Shown here: piece by piece, positions 11,132 to 24,193 of the stretch
Position numbering within the stretch: position 1 is the first letter of the stretch
How the letters are laid out: each line of letters begins with the position of its first letter
From: Mustelus asterias
Lineage: Eukaryota
Reading direction: 5' to 3'
Assembly: GCF_964213995.1 (NCBI RefSeq)
Contig: NC_135822.1
Coordinates: 71,486,001-71,550,000 of the forward strand
DNA length: 64,000 bases
Notes under the pieces: model-generated
What the model saw: the letters and a program-made list of their open reading frames with translations, nothing else
Told to the model about the DNA's origin: nothing
The model's database searches: none
Program-made: the position numbers and the translations under genes

Positions 11132-12054
11132 CAACAAATTTAATAGTTTATTATAAAACCTGGTCTTGTCAAATAGAAAGGCAAAGCTTATTAACGTGCA
11201 GTATGAAATATAGAAGTCTACCAGTTCATCTTTTGTGATACCCTGAGTTTCCCCCTGCCCACCCACCTACATACACACAAAAACAAACAATAAGAATAGA
11301 GGAATTCTACCAAAGGTTGAAAGCCAATGGTTCAAGAGAAAAGGAAAGGTAGTGGGGAGTCCTTGAAATGGCGTCCGGGCCATAGTTATTTTCCCAGTGC
11401 TGATCTGTGACACAGTTGATGATTCTTGCGCTGCTTTTCCTCAGGCTTCAGGAGCACTTGCAGGTACTCTTTTCTCACATGCAGATCAACTTATATTCAC
11501 TGCCAGCTGCACACTGGCTCTGGAAAAAAAGGCTGCTGTCTTTTCACAGGCAGCTGGTCTTTCTCCTTCTCAAAGCAGAACCAAAACAAAACTTTTAAAC
11601 ACAATTTTCCAGGCATGATTGTTTTTTCAGAGACTACCATGTGACCTCCTTTGTACATAGCTTACCAGGGTCAAGAGGTTTCCAGTTTCTTTGAAACTGC
11701 TTAATTATTTTTTCTTGTAAATGGATGTCACTACGAAGAAAAAGCAATTCAGCTCCTTGCACTAACCCTTTCAGGGATAGTGTATTTTAAAACACAAATT
11801 CTTCCAGAATGTCCTCTGTCCTTGAAGATGAACCAAAGTGTTCATGGCGGTTATCATTTGAGTGTCTTCCAAGTGCAAATGGAACTTGCCTCACTTAACA
11901 AGGAATGACCACAAATATGGCGACAAATAGTGATGAAGGTTTCTTCATAACACTCTAAACATTCTCATCCCACCATCTTTTTGTGTTTTGTAATTATTGT
12001 GCACAATGATTCTTGAGGATTTGAAACATTTTATCATTGTTCTGCAATGGCTTA

Positions 12055-12196
12055 TATGAACATAAGAACTAGGAGCAGGAATAGGCCAACTGGCCCCTCG
12101 AGCCTGCTCCGCCATTCAATAAGATCATGGCTGATCGTTTTGTGGACTCAGCTCCACTTACCCGCCCGCTCACCATAACCCTTAATTCCTTAATTC
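12055..12196 (-). mobile_element. CR1 3' end fragment
   Basis: GAACATAAGAACTAGGAGCAGGA...GAGCCTGCTCCGCCATTCAATAAGATCATGG. Confidence 0.8.
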
Positions 12197-12507
12197 CATT
12201 GTGTTAAAAAAAACATGGTCTGTAAGCGCCATGAATGTGTCTCTTTGCTTTTAACATGCCAGTCAGCAGTACAATTCGCAAAACACAGTGACAATGAATG
12301 GCTGGCTATTTGTCATTTGGTGGCATTGTCTGAGGGGGAAATGGTGATCAGCAAATTAGAAGAGCTCTGACATTGTGCAAGCAGTGCAGTAGGCTCTTTA
12401 ACCCCCACATAAATAAAGAGATAGGTTCTTAGATTAATTTTCCAGAGGCTCAATGGACTTCTGGCAACAAAACATTCCCACAAGAATATCATATTACATT
12501 TATGTTA

Positions 12508-12820
12508 TGCCTTTAACATGGTTAAGTATCCTGAGGTACTTTACAGGAGCATTTTGGGCCAAACTTTGACACCGAGTGACACAAGACCAATTGACTAAAA
12601 GCTTGATCAAAGAGATAGATTTTAAGGAACATCTTCGAGGATGGAAGTGGTAGAGAAGTTTAGGTTGAGAATTCCAGAGATTCGGTCAATGGCAGCTGCA
12701 AGTAGTTCAGAGTTAGAGGAGCGCAGATATCTAGGAGGGCTGTAGGAGGTTACAGAGATAGGGGCAGAGAGGCCTTGGAGTGATTTAAAAACAAGATTGA
12801 GTATTTTGAAGTTGAAGCTG
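12508..12820 (-). mobile_element. L2 LINE 3' fragment
   Basis: Minus translation FKILNLVFKSLQGLSAP...YLRSSNS is a typical L2 ORF2 C-terminus. Confidence 0.7.
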
Positions 12821-12821
12821 T

Positions 12822-13145
12822 GGGCGGCACAGTGGCACACTGGTTAGCATTGCTGCTTCACAGCGCCAGGGACCTGGGTTCAATTCCGGCCTTGGGTGAC
12901 TGTGGAGTTTGCACGTTCCCCCTGTGTCTGTGTGAGTTCCCTCCCACAGTCCAAAGATGTGCAGGTTGGAGAATTGGCCATGCTAAATTGCCCCTCAGTG
13001 TCCCAAGATGTGCAGGGAAATGTGTGAGGCTATGGGGTAGGGTGGGGGAAACAGCCTGAATAAGATACTCTGCCAGAGAGTCTCGATGCAGACTCGGTGG
13101 GCTGAATGGCCTCTTCTGCACTGCAGGAATTCTTTGATTGTTCTA
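12822..13145 (+). mobile_element. HE1-type V-SINE with CR1-derived tail
   Basis: GGGCGGCACAGTGGCAC...GGTTCAATTCC head; GTGGGCTGAATGGCCTCTTCTGCACTG tail. Confidence 0.85.
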
Positions 13146-13758
13146 CGTGTTGGCAAACCAGAGACCAATGTAGGTCAGCAAGATGTGCTACTGAGGACAT
13201 TGGTAGCAAGCTGTTTTGGCTGACTTTTTATTTACAGAGGACTGCAATATTAGCATCCATTTTCTGCTCAGGTCTTAGTGTGAGCTTTGAACCCACAGCC
13301 TGGCCCAGAACCAAGCTGACCCTGCATGGTGATTCTATTTTTAGGGTTTCCTTGTTCCATAGTTACTGATAGCCCAAGTGTGCCTTATCCTGGCAGGCAT
13401 TCAGCATCTGAGCTGAGAAGGCAATTGGAACACCAATAATAATGTGAGGAGCAACAGTGGACAGCTTGTTGCTTAATTGGAAACCTTGGCTGGGAGTTTT
13501 ACATCTTTACCTGCCCAATGCCATAGGCAATTTGTGCTATTTCCAGTGATACCTGGTTGTAACCAGCTGGATTGTCAGACCAAAGATCAATTGTGTGTTT
13601 ATTAATTAATCTGTTGGAGGATCCCTACTGTGACAGGACTGCTGATTAAAATGAAAGATTGCATTTATCTGAATTTAATATTTCAGAGAATTCCACAATT
13701 ATGCAGGTTCTATTCTATTGGAAATTATGCTCATTAGTATTTTCTCTTCTCTGTTCAG

Positions 13759-13891
13759 CGACGACCTCCTGGTGATTTATCTAGATTTGGGAAATGCGGC
13801 CTGCGCTATCATTCCAAGATGTCACCAGTTCCGAAGACTGCTGAGCCAAGAATGGGGAGAACCAAGTGTTCAATTTGTTCAAGCTGAGAAG
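13759..13891 (+). CDS. pebp4: PEBP4 second coding exon
   Basis: Acceptor tttctcttctctgttcAG (13757-13758), donor AAG|GTACAT, phase 2 to phase 0. Encodes (S)DDLLVIYLDLGNAACAIIPRCHQFRRLLSQEWGEPSVQFVQAEK, resembling human PEBP4 [42 protein letters not shown] as recalled. Confidence 0.88.
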
Positions 13892-14494
13892 GTACATGCT
13901 AATAAAAGCAGCATTACTAGTTTTGCTCATGTGTAAGATTTTAGCTTAACTACGAGTGAACGTACCTTGATGAAAAGTAATATTTTTTGAGACGAGAAAG
14001 GAAAAGCATAATATGGAATGCAAGGGTTGTAGATTTGAACCACAGTTGGCTGCACTTGGATTAAAATAACCCTTTGGAACAGGAAGTATTTAAATTCACA
14101 AAAGTGGATTCTAATTTACAGTAAGCCTTGTCTTTATTATACCACAGAGTGGTGCAATTGTCTTCAAAGTGTACAGGAATTATTTTCTATTTGCCTGTCT
14201 ACAATTATATAAACCATGTTGTTTTCTCTTACAGCAGTATTTCATTCCTTATATTACAGACACAATTTAAATATACTTTATTCAATTCATTAAAATTTTA
14301 CACTAAACCATTCACCAAACATTCAACTGTCATGTTTCAAGGTCGCATTTTCTGCCTGTCCACCCCTTAGCTGTGCTTTGTGATGTTCATCCAAGTTGAT
14401 CTTTCACCTCTGGGTGAAAGGTTTTGGGCTGAGCTGACACTGGAGCCAGGCTTGGGGCTTGCCATGCGAAGGAGACTGGGCCAGGGGCTACACA

Positions 14495-14667
14495 TGTTGG
14501 GAGATCTTTATTGGTCGACATATGACTGGAATAGGGTATAGCGCTGGTAGTCATGAGCAGTCTGGGAATGGAGGGATACAAACGAATGGTCTAGTTGGAC
14601 CAATGAGCGGCACAGGCTTGGAGGGCCGAAGGGCCTGTTTCCTGTGCTGTACTGTTCTTTGTTCTTT
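14495..14667 (+). mobile_element. CR1 3' end fragment
   Basis: GGAGGGCCGAAGGGCCTGTTTCCTGTGCTGTACTGTTCTTTGTTCTTTG tail. Confidence 0.75.
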
Positions 14668-16084
14668 GTGAGTTAAGAACATTCTAATTTACAGTGCTGA
14701 AGAAGAGTTGGATCCTAGAATGAGGGCTGTGGACACCAAAAAAGTTGGGGCTGAGCCAGTGTCAGGAGAAAGTTTTAAACCTGACTTTGGATAGGGAGTT
14801 GGACTGCACTTCTGAACTTGACAATAAGTGGATCTCTTTCTTCTGGTTGGAGTCCATGTTCTCCTGATTGGCCCTTGCTAACCATGCAATCTTTCAATTA
14901 TCAGTGACCAGTCAGTTCAAAGAAAGTGGACAGGTTCATGGACATGTTTATTTATATACAAGAATATTAGCAATCACCAACAAAAATTTATATTCCATTA
15001 ATCTTGGAGTGATATGAGCACGTCAGTTTAAAATCAACAGCTGTGGAAGCTGGTTTACCTCCCCAAGGTCTTTTTAAAAAAATACAATGAATGATAAATG
15101 GATAGGAGGGAAAGATTATAGGGGGAATAATGCAACAGTAGATGGCAATAGAATAACTGAGATTCACTGCGTTCATCTGAACATAGTGACATGATTTATT
15201 TGTAACTTACTCTTTCCGATCTGTTGTTCTCCAGATTATGCTTGGATTCTCTTCACTAATCATCTGCAGATTATTATTCAATAAACCTGTACGAAAAGTG
15301 TAACAATCTTGTATGAATGCAATTAGACATATAAGACACGGAACATCTTAGTGTCAGCTGCAGGGAAAAAAAATAAAATAATTTGTCTCCTGGCATTGGC
15401 TTGTCGTCTGAATAATAATAGAGATCAGGTAGTGATTTTTAAAACTTTAATTTAAGCTCTGGATTCAAATTACTGCTTAAGTTTGACTCTGAAAGTTTAT
15501 GGTAGCATCTGAATATAGTAAATAGAATGATAGGTTTTAATCATTTGCAAGAAACCATTATCCCCTTACAATAAACACATTTAAGATTGAAGCTCCAAAT
15601 AAAATTGTTTTTGGACCCCTGCAGTTGTGTTCTGGCTTTGTTAAATGACTATTTTATGGGATTTATTTTAACTCCTTATGCAGCATTTTGTGTTTATTTG
15701 AATACTTCTAAAAGTTCCAGTGTTTAACATGGTCGATGTGGAATTTCAGACAGGTGGTTGTTATTTGACTGAATCGTTGCCATTTTCCTTGTCAGCCCTG
15801 CCCTCTGAGTGCTTCATGTGTTCTTCAATAAGATGTTTGAACTGCTATGTGAAGGTCGCCCTTCATGAAGATAATAGCATCGATCTGGGTGGAGTGCCAC
15901 CACAGAGCTAACAGGATCAGTTGTAACACGTAACAACCATTTCACTTGTAACTTCATTTGATTTCTTAATCATGCATAATAACATTTTGATGGCCAACAA
16001 TACAATAATTGTATTTCCGATTGTGGCCCTTTGAGACAAATACCAAAAGATGTCAGATGACAAGATTGTCAGATGTCAGATAAG

Positions 16085-18605
16085 ATGCTTGAAGCGTATA
16101 AAAAGTGCAAGAAACGACTTAAGAAAGAAATCAGGAGGGCTAAAAGAAGACATGAGGTTGCTTTGGCAGACAAGGTGAAGGATAATCCGAAGAGCTTCTA
16201 CATTTTAAGAGCAAAAGGATAGTAAGGGATAAAATTGGTCCTCTTGAAGATCAGAGTGGTTGGCTATGTATGGAACCAAAAGAAATGGGGGAGATATTAA
16301 ATGGATTTTTTACATCCGTATTTACTAAGGAAACTGGCAAGGAGTCTATAGAAATAAGGCAAACAAGTAGGGAGGTCATGGAACCGAGACAGATTAAAGG
16401 GGAGGAGATGCTTGCTGTCTTGAGGCAAATCAGAGTAGATAAATTCCCTGGACCGGACAGGGTATTCCCTCGGACCTTGAAGGAGATTAGTGTTGAAATT
16501 GCAGGGGCCCTGGTAGATATATTTAAAATGTCGGTGCCGGATGATTGGAGGATAGCTCATGTTGTTCCGTTGTTTAAAAAAGGCTCAAAAAGTAATGCGG
16601 GAAATTATAGGCCAGTAAGTTTGACGTCAGTAGTAGGTAAATTATTGGAAGGAGTACTAAGAGATAGGATCTACAAATATTTGGATAGACAGGGACTTAT
16701 TAGGGAGAGTCAACATGGCTTTGTGCGTGGTAGGTCATGTTTGACCAATCTATCGAGTTTTTCGAGGAGGTTACCAGGAAAGTGGATGAAGGGAAGGCAG
16801 TGGGTGTTGTCTACATGGACTTTTATTAACAGGGGGTTGGAGTTTAAGAGCCGTGGGGTTATGCTGCAACTGTACAGGACCTTGGTGAGACCACATTTGG
16901 AATATTGCGTGCAGTTCTGGTCACCTCACTATAAGAAGGATGCGGAAGCGCTGGAAAGAGTGCAGAGGAGATTTACCAGATGCTGCCTGGTTTGGAGGGT
17001 AGGTCTTATGAGGAAAGGTTGAGGGAGCTAGGGCTGTTCTCTCTGGAGCGGAGGAGGCTGAGGGAGAGTTAATAGAGGTTTATAAAATGATGAAGGGGAT
17101 AGATAGAGTGAACGTTCAAAGACTATTTCCTCGGGTGGATGGAGCTATTACAAGGGGGCATAACTATAGGGTTCATGGTGGGAGATATAGGAAGGATATC
17201 AGAGGTAGGTTCTTTACTCAGAGAGTGGTTGGGGTGTGGAATGGACTGCCTGCAGTGATAGTGGAGTCAGACACTTTAGGAACATTTAAGCGGTTATTGG
17301 ATAGGCACATGGAGCACACCAGGATGATAGGGAGTGGGATAGCTTGATCTTGGTTTCAGATAAAGCTCGGCACAACATCGTGGGCCGAGGGGCCTGTTCT
17401 GTGCTGTACTGTTCTATGTTCTATGACTTCAGTAAGGCCTTTGACAAGGTCCCGCATGGGAGGTTAGTTAGGAAGGTTCAGTCGCTAGGTATACATGGAG
17501 AGGTAGTAAATTGGATTAGACATTGGCTCAATGGAAGAACCCAGAGAGTGGTAGTGGAGGATTGCTTCTCTGAGTGGAGGCCTGTGATTCATGGTGTTCC
17601 ACAGGGATCAGTGCTGGGTCCATTGTTGTTTGTCATCTATATCAATGATCTGGATGATAATGTGGTAAATTGGATCAGCAAATTTGCTGATGATACAAAG
17701 ATTGGAGGTGTAGTGGACAGTGAGGAAGGTTTTCAAAGCTTGCAGAGGGATTTGGACCAGCTAGAAAAATGGGCTGAAAAATGGCAGATGGAGTTTAATG
17801 CAGACAATGTGAGGTATTGCACTTTGGAAGGACAAACCAAGGTAGAACATACAAGGTAAATGCTAGGACACTGAAGAGTGCAGTAGAACAGAGGGATCTG
17901 GGAATACAGATACATAATTCCCTAAAAGTGGCGTCACAGGTCGATAGGGTCGTAAAGAATGCTTTTGGTACATTGGCCTTTATAAATCAAAGTATTGAGC
18001 ATAAGAGTTGGAATGTTATGGTGAGGTTGTATAAGACATTGGTGAGGCCGAATTTAGAGTATTGTGTGCAGTTTTGGTCACCTAATTACAGGAAGGATAT
18101 TAGTAAGGTTGAAAGAGTGCAGAGAAGGTTTACAAGGATGTTGCCGGGACTTGAGAAACTGAGTTACAGAGAAAGGTTGAATAGGTTAGGACTTTATTCC
18201 CTGGAGCGAAGACGAATGAGGGGAGATTTGATAGAGGGGGTTTGATAGAAATTATGATGGGTATAGATAGAGTGAATGCAAGCAGGCTTTTTCCACTGAG
18301 GCTAGGGGAGAAAAAAAACTAGAGGACATGGGTTAAGGGTGAAGGGGGAAAAGTTTAAAGGGAATATTAGGGGGGGCTTCTTCACACAGAGAGTGGTGGG
18401 AGTGTGGAATGAGCTGCCAGATGAAGTGCTGAATGCGGGCTCACTTTTAACATTTAAGAAAAACTTGGACAGGTACATGGATGAGAGGGGTGTGGAGGGA
18501 TATGGTCCAGGTGCAGGTCAGTGGGACTAGGCAGAAAAATGGTTCGGCACAGCCAAGAAGGGCCAAAAGGCCTGTTTCTGTGCTGTAATGTTCTATGGTT
18601 CTATG
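16085..18605 (+). mobile_element. Young 5'-truncated CR1 (HER1-like) LINE, interrupted by a nested CR1
   Basis: RT motifs [39 protein letters not shown]; (TTCTATGG)n tail. Confidence 0.95.
16823..17424 (+). mobile_element. Nested CR1 3' fragment of a second subfamily
   Basis: Interrupts host YMDFSK; GACTT duplicated at 16818-16822 and 17425-17429; nearly identical to the reverse of 24194-24810. Confidence 0.92.
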
Positions 18606-19207
18606 GACACAGAACCACACACAATCAAACGTGAGTCATGCCACAGTTGTAACTTTGTATAATGAGGGCAAAAGATTTCAAAGAAAGTTCACAGAAAAGA
18701 GTTTTTTTTGAAATAATTATGTCATATTTTATTCTTCTGGTACCTTACTCCAATATTCCAGTGTGGTTTGGGAATCCTGTTGTGGGGAAAGGCAGATAAT
18801 GTTTTGCCGAGAGTAAAATCCCAGTAAATACAAAATTGAGAGAAAATAGTGAAATTAAAATGCCTGCAAGAAGTTTTTCTCTATTAGAGTTCTTGAACAT
18901 GATTTTCTTCAGTTTACAGCTTCATAATTTGGGGCATCTGCAGTAGATACCTGAGCATAAACATAGATTTGGCTGTGACAATTCTGGGACAGTTAAATTA
19001 TCAAAAAACAGACAATCATTTACAGTTGTATCCATTTACTGTTGTATTAGAAAAAAGCTGCACCGGGTTACCATACAGGAAAAATACATTCTGTTATGCT
19101 GCTTGATTATGCATGTTCATGGAAGATCTCATGTTCGCAATGTTGCAAATAAATTTTATGGAAACTTAGCTGTCACCTAATTAATGGTTTGGTAGTACAG
19201 AGATTGA

Positions 19208-19700
19208 GTATTGCTGAAAAAGGACATTTTTGTCTTGCACTCATCAGGGCAATCCGAAGAAGACCAATTTCGAGGGAAATATAAACTTTAAACTGTTTGA
19301 GAAGATTGATTGGCAAGAGGGCTCAGATTGATAGAAGCATTGCCATGGAGAATGCACCAGTTGATGGTGACTGATGGTTAACTGCCAAGCATGGTTTGGA
19401 ACTCAAACCAGGCAAATTGACTCTGATTGGTCAAAGCATTGCTCTGTGGAATGAACCAATAAATAGCACTTTTTTTTTGTTTAGCTGAAACATGCACAGG
19501 GTGAGTAAATGTTCTTTCTGTCTGCAAAGAACAGGGCCCTGTGGATTAATATTCCAGTACACAATGTGCCAAGCACACCAAGGATTATTTCGCAAATGTT
19601 GTCCAATCATGAAATCACATCTAATGTTTGACACTATTTTGCGTTTTGCAAGCACAGGCTGGTTGGTTACAGTTTGTACTTTGCCCGTTGCAAACAGCAC
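19208..19700 (-). mobile_element. Decayed Penelope-like element 3' end (second family)
   Basis: Minus translation IGQHLRNNPWCA...PVLCRQKE (GIY-YIG C-terminal region) and a CTGATGAGTGCAAGAC hammerhead-like motif. Confidence 0.6.
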
Positions 19701-19711
19701 AAGGGACATGC

Positions 19712-20985
19712 TGTGATATGACCAGCACCAGGTGGGGTTTCCCAAACGTTATTGATCCGGGTGACACCCCTCAATTTGTCACTGTCCGACTGGGATACCC
19801 CCTAATTATCACAAATTCGGCAGGAGGGATGACAGGCTCTGTGTCTTTATTCACCCCACCCTCTGCTGGTAGTAACAAAGGTTTAATTTAAAAAGGTTCT
19901 CTTTCCTTTGGATAACTTTCCCAGACCTAATGATTATGTTTAAAAAGGAGCAAATTCAACCAGACCTTCTTGAGTTAAGGTAGAGTTAGTTTATTAATTA
20001 CTAGAAAAAAGGTCAGGAGAAATGGTAAAGCACATGCATCTATGTTCATATAGATTAGAAGTAAACATAAATAAAACCTTGTACGCAAGCCCTTGAGTTT
20101 TGAGGAGTAGATGATGACGAGTTGCAGCCGAAGTGATTCTTTTCAGTAAAGTTGGCTTCTGCTGACGAATAATTCAGGTGTCCAGTAGTCCAAACGAGAG
20201 ATTTGAGTTCCTTTTTCCAGCCACTGTATTTCCTTAAGTGTGTGTAGTAACTTCTAGCTGCAGTTCCTCAGCACGCACACTCAGACCAACTTGCAGACAA
20301 GAGAACACGAGAGACAGAGTCCCAGAAGAATGTCAGAAGAATCTGCTTAACAGCCAGGCAGCCTAGCTTTTAACCCCCAGATATGTATTCCCCCAGTTTG
20401 CACTCAGCTGTCTAGGCCATTATTGTCTTGGCTGGAGACAATACACATCTCTTTAACCTGTGCTTAACCCTCTCTCCACTCACATTGTCTGTACCTTTAA
20501 GACTTGATTACCTGTAAAGACTCGCATTTCAACCATTATTTTATAAATTGAGTTTGTGTCTTTATATGCCCTGTTTGTGAACAGAACTCCCACTCACCTT
20601 GATGAAGGAGCAGCGCTCTGAAAGCTTGTGGCTTGTGCTACCAAATAAACCTGTTGGACTTCAACCTGGTGTTGTGAGACTTCTTACTTGGCCATTATTG
20701 CCAGGGACCAAGGGAGGAGATGGTCATCATGTCTCTTTGTCTTCCAGAGATGGTAATCAGTCTTAGAATGTGTGTTACAAATGCCTTGAACTGTCTGGAA
20801 GCACAGGAAAGATGTCCCATTGTTCCACAGAGATGCCCTGCAGTCATTCCTATCAATGGCTAATGGTGAATTCATCAGCCATCTTCAATGTCTCATGACC
20901 ATTTAAAAAAATATACAACTCGGGCCCTTTTTTCAATCCACCATTTCTATATAGAATTACAAGTTTTTCCACTATCGTTGTAACA
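19712..20985 (-). mobile_element. Probable solo LTR-like repeat hosting a Penelope fragment
   Basis: TGTGA...GTAACA ends, non-coding; no TSD seen. Confidence 0.35.
20426..20689 (+). mobile_element. Penelope (Neptune-type) pseudo-LTR fragment with degenerate hammerhead ribozyme
   Basis: Similar to the reverse of 45462-45730; 11-bp TSD GGCCATTATTG at 20415-20425 and 20690-20700. Confidence 0.88.
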
Positions 20986-21749
20986 ATTGTTTGGTACAAC
21001 CTGCCAATCTTTGGGACATACAGCCTACATAGCTAGCATCACACTTGCACTGAAATTGATATACCATGACTCATCTGAGTAATATGCAGAACGTCATTTT
21101 GGCTTGATGGCAACATTCTGTTCATGGTGAATACCACTTATGAATACCACTTGTTGAGACTGCATGGTCGCAGTGTGAAACAGCTAGCTTCTCTTGTTGC
21201 TCAAATGTTTGAGATACCTTTTCCTTCCAGAGTAATCTGAGGCATACTTGGTACTTTTCAGTTAGGTTTCAGTTGGGACTGGCAATCTCATAAGTAGGGC
21301 CCCATCTGTTTACTAACCAGGCAAGCTTGATGCTGAAATAGAAATCAAAGAACTTTTATGGGCTTTCCTGATTAGATGATTTCCCATTTAACTGGGAGTC
21401 GGAGAGGTGGCAGACTAGCGAGGGGGCAGCCTGGATGGGAGCAGATAAACTGGAACCCGAGGCTTGAGGCCTACATCACTTACCTAGGAGTTGGGGAGGT
21501 GGTGGACCATTCAGCTGCTCGAAACCGGCCTTTGCTGAGTGAATGAAAACAAATCGTTAGATTTGTAAGAAACTGCTGTGAGGGACTTTCTTTAAATTGG
21601 TAAATTAGAAAAATGTATTATTTTTAAACAAGTATCTATGCTTCAATTTAAGTGAGAGACACCAGGAATAAGGAAAAGTAAGGGCCTTTAATAAAGTAAT
21701 ATAAGTAACCCAAAGTAAATAACTTTAATGTAAGGAAAGTAAAGTTAAG

Positions 21750-24120
21750 ATATGGCAGAGCAGCTCAGTCAAGTGGAATGCTTGTCCTGTAATATGTGGC
21801 AAGTCATGCATTTTACTGATGCCACAGGCGACCACATGTGCAAGATATGCTGTCAGATGCAGGAACTTGAATTCTGAGTTTCAGAACTTGAGTGGCGGCT
21901 GGGGTCACTCTGAAAGCCACGTGGAAAGTACATTCAGAGAGGTGGTCACACCACAACTTAGGAATCTGGAGGCAGAAAGGGAATGGGTAACCGTCAGGCA
22001 CCCAAGAGAACCAGGCAGCAGAAGAGCCCCCTGGGGTCTTGCTCACAAATCGGTTTTCCGTTTTGGCAGCTGGTGAGGGTGTTCATCCTTTAGAGGAGTG
22101 CAGTCATACCCAAGCTAGTGGTGGCACCAGGAGTGGCTCGGCTGTGCAGGAGGGGATGAAGAGGAAAGGAAGAGTAATAGTGAAAGAAGTAATGAGTTAG
22201 GGGAACAGACAGGCGTTTCTGCAGCTGTATATGTGACTCCAGAATAGTATGCTGCCTCCCTGGTGCCAGGGTTAAAGATGTCACAGAGCAGCTGCAGGAC
22301 ATTATTCCAGGGGAAGGTGAACATTGGTTGAAGTGACTTAGGTAAGAAAGAGGATGTGGCCCTGCAATCAGAATTTAGGGAGCAAGGTAGAAAATTAGCA
22401 AGCAGGACCTCAAATGTAGTAATATCCGGATTATTTACATTGGTAGATGTAAGGGAGTACAGAAATAGGAGGATAGGGCAGATGAATGCATAACAGGAAA
22501 GGTGGTGCAGGAGGAAGGGCTTTAGAGTATTAGGTGTGGTGCTGGGAAGGTGGCACCTGTAGAAACTGGAAGGGTTGCACCTGAACAGAGCTGGGACTGA
22601 GTTCCTTGTAGAGTGTTTTGCTCGTGCTGTTGGGAGGACTTTAAGCTAACTTGGCAGGGGTGCAGGAACCAAGAGAGAATAGTAGGGATACCAGTGCGCA
22701 CAAAGCACTGGGAGAGACAGATATCACGAGTATAGAGAATAGTAAGCTGCTTGGTGGAGTCGGAGTAAGGGAGAAAGTAATAAAGTTTCAATTAGTGTAC
22801 CTGTCTGTGATTGCACTGAGTATAATAAATAAGAATAGGGAGTCACAGGTGCAGACTGCCATGTGGAAATATGATGTTGTGACGATAACAGAGACCTGGC
22901 TCAAAGAAAGGCAGGACTGAATGTTAAATATTCCTGGCTCCAAAGTGCTCATAAAAGATTGGAAAAGAAGAAAAGGAGGAGGGGTGGTGGTAATGGTGAA
23001 GGAGAGCATTGCAGTGCTGGATAAAGAGGATGTCCAGGAGGGCCAGAATCAATTTGGCTCGAGCTAAGGGACAAAAAGGGTGAAATTACATTCCTTGGTG
23101 TAGTCTGTAGACTGTCAACTAGTGGGAAGGATGTAGAAGAACAGATCTGCAGGGAAATTGCAGAGAAATGCAAACATTATAGAGCAGTTATAATGGGGGA
23201 CTTTAATTGCTCCAATGTGGACTGGGATAGTGGTAATGTAAAGGGTGGAGTGGGGCAAAGGTTATTAGATTGTGTTCAGGAAGGTTTTCCATGGCACAAT
23301 GTGTCCAGTCCAACAAGGAAGGATACACAGTTTCACTTGGTTCTTGGAAAAGAGCTGGGCCAAGTAGTTCAAGGTAAAGGTGAAGTATGTTGGAGCAAGG
23401 ATTTGGCCGATTTCAGTTGACAGCAACTGCACTGCTGATTGGGGACCAATTAATCCTAGAAGAGGATTATGATGAGAATTACATTCCGAATGAACAGTGT
23501 CAGCGGGGGAACATTTAGGAGACAGTGATCATTGTATCGTAAAGTTTTGGATGATAGAAAGACAATAGTAAGAACCATTAACTGGGGGAGAGCCGACTTC
23601 AGTGGGGCAAGAATGGAGTTGGGTCAGCTAGAATGGAATGAAAGGTTGGAGGGAAAAGCTAGCTGAACAATGGACTACCTTCAAAAACAAAGTGGTTTGG
23701 TCACAGTCAAGGTATGTTTCCTCAAAAGGGAAAGCTAAGGCACACAAATCCAGAGCTGTTTGGATGAAAAAGAAGATAGAAATTAAAATAAACAAGAAAA
23801 GGTGTGCTTATGACCAGTGTCAGGTTGAACCTGCAGTTGAGAAGCAGGAGGAATACAGAGGGTTCAGAGGGGAGAGTGAAGAACATGTTAGAGAAGTGAA
23901 GAGGGACTGTGAGAAAAGACTGGCAGCCAACATGAAGGAGAATCCCAAAGTCTTATATAACCATGTAAATAGTAAAAGGATGAGTAGGGCCGATTAGGGA
24001 CCTAAAAGGGAATTCACGCACGGAGGCTGGGGGAATTGCTGGGGGATTAAATTAATACTTTGCATCCATCTTTACCAAGGAAATAGATTCTACCCAGGAC
24101 GTGGTGACAGGGAAAGAAAT
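21750..24120 (+). mobile_element. Old CR1 5' part: ORF1 (Zn-finger, SGNH-esterase-like) and ORF2 AP endonuclease, heavily decayed
   Basis: VECLSCNMW; GTDRRFC...CCLPGARVKDV; YDVVTITETWL; MGDFN; KENPK. Confidence 0.85.
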
Positions 24121-24126
24121 TGTCAC

Positions 24127-24193
24127 TATAGCACGCAAGAAACAATACTTTTCACTGTATACTAACATATGTGACAATAATAAATCAAATCAA
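24127..24193 (+). mobile_element. Rex1/Babar-like tail remnant; its (TCAAA)n tail continues at 25345-25365
   Basis: GCAAGAAACAATACTTTTCACTGTATACTAACATATGTGACAATAATAAATCAAATCAA. Confidence 0.8.

Noticed and set aside
15235-15303. Possible alternative terminal exon (ctccAG acceptor, 22 codons, AATAAA)
   Set aside because: No PEBP similarity; such motifs arise by chance and need transcript evidence
15391-15411. WHWLVV resembling the PEBP HWLV motif
   Set aside because: Immediately followed by a stop; no DPDAP upstream
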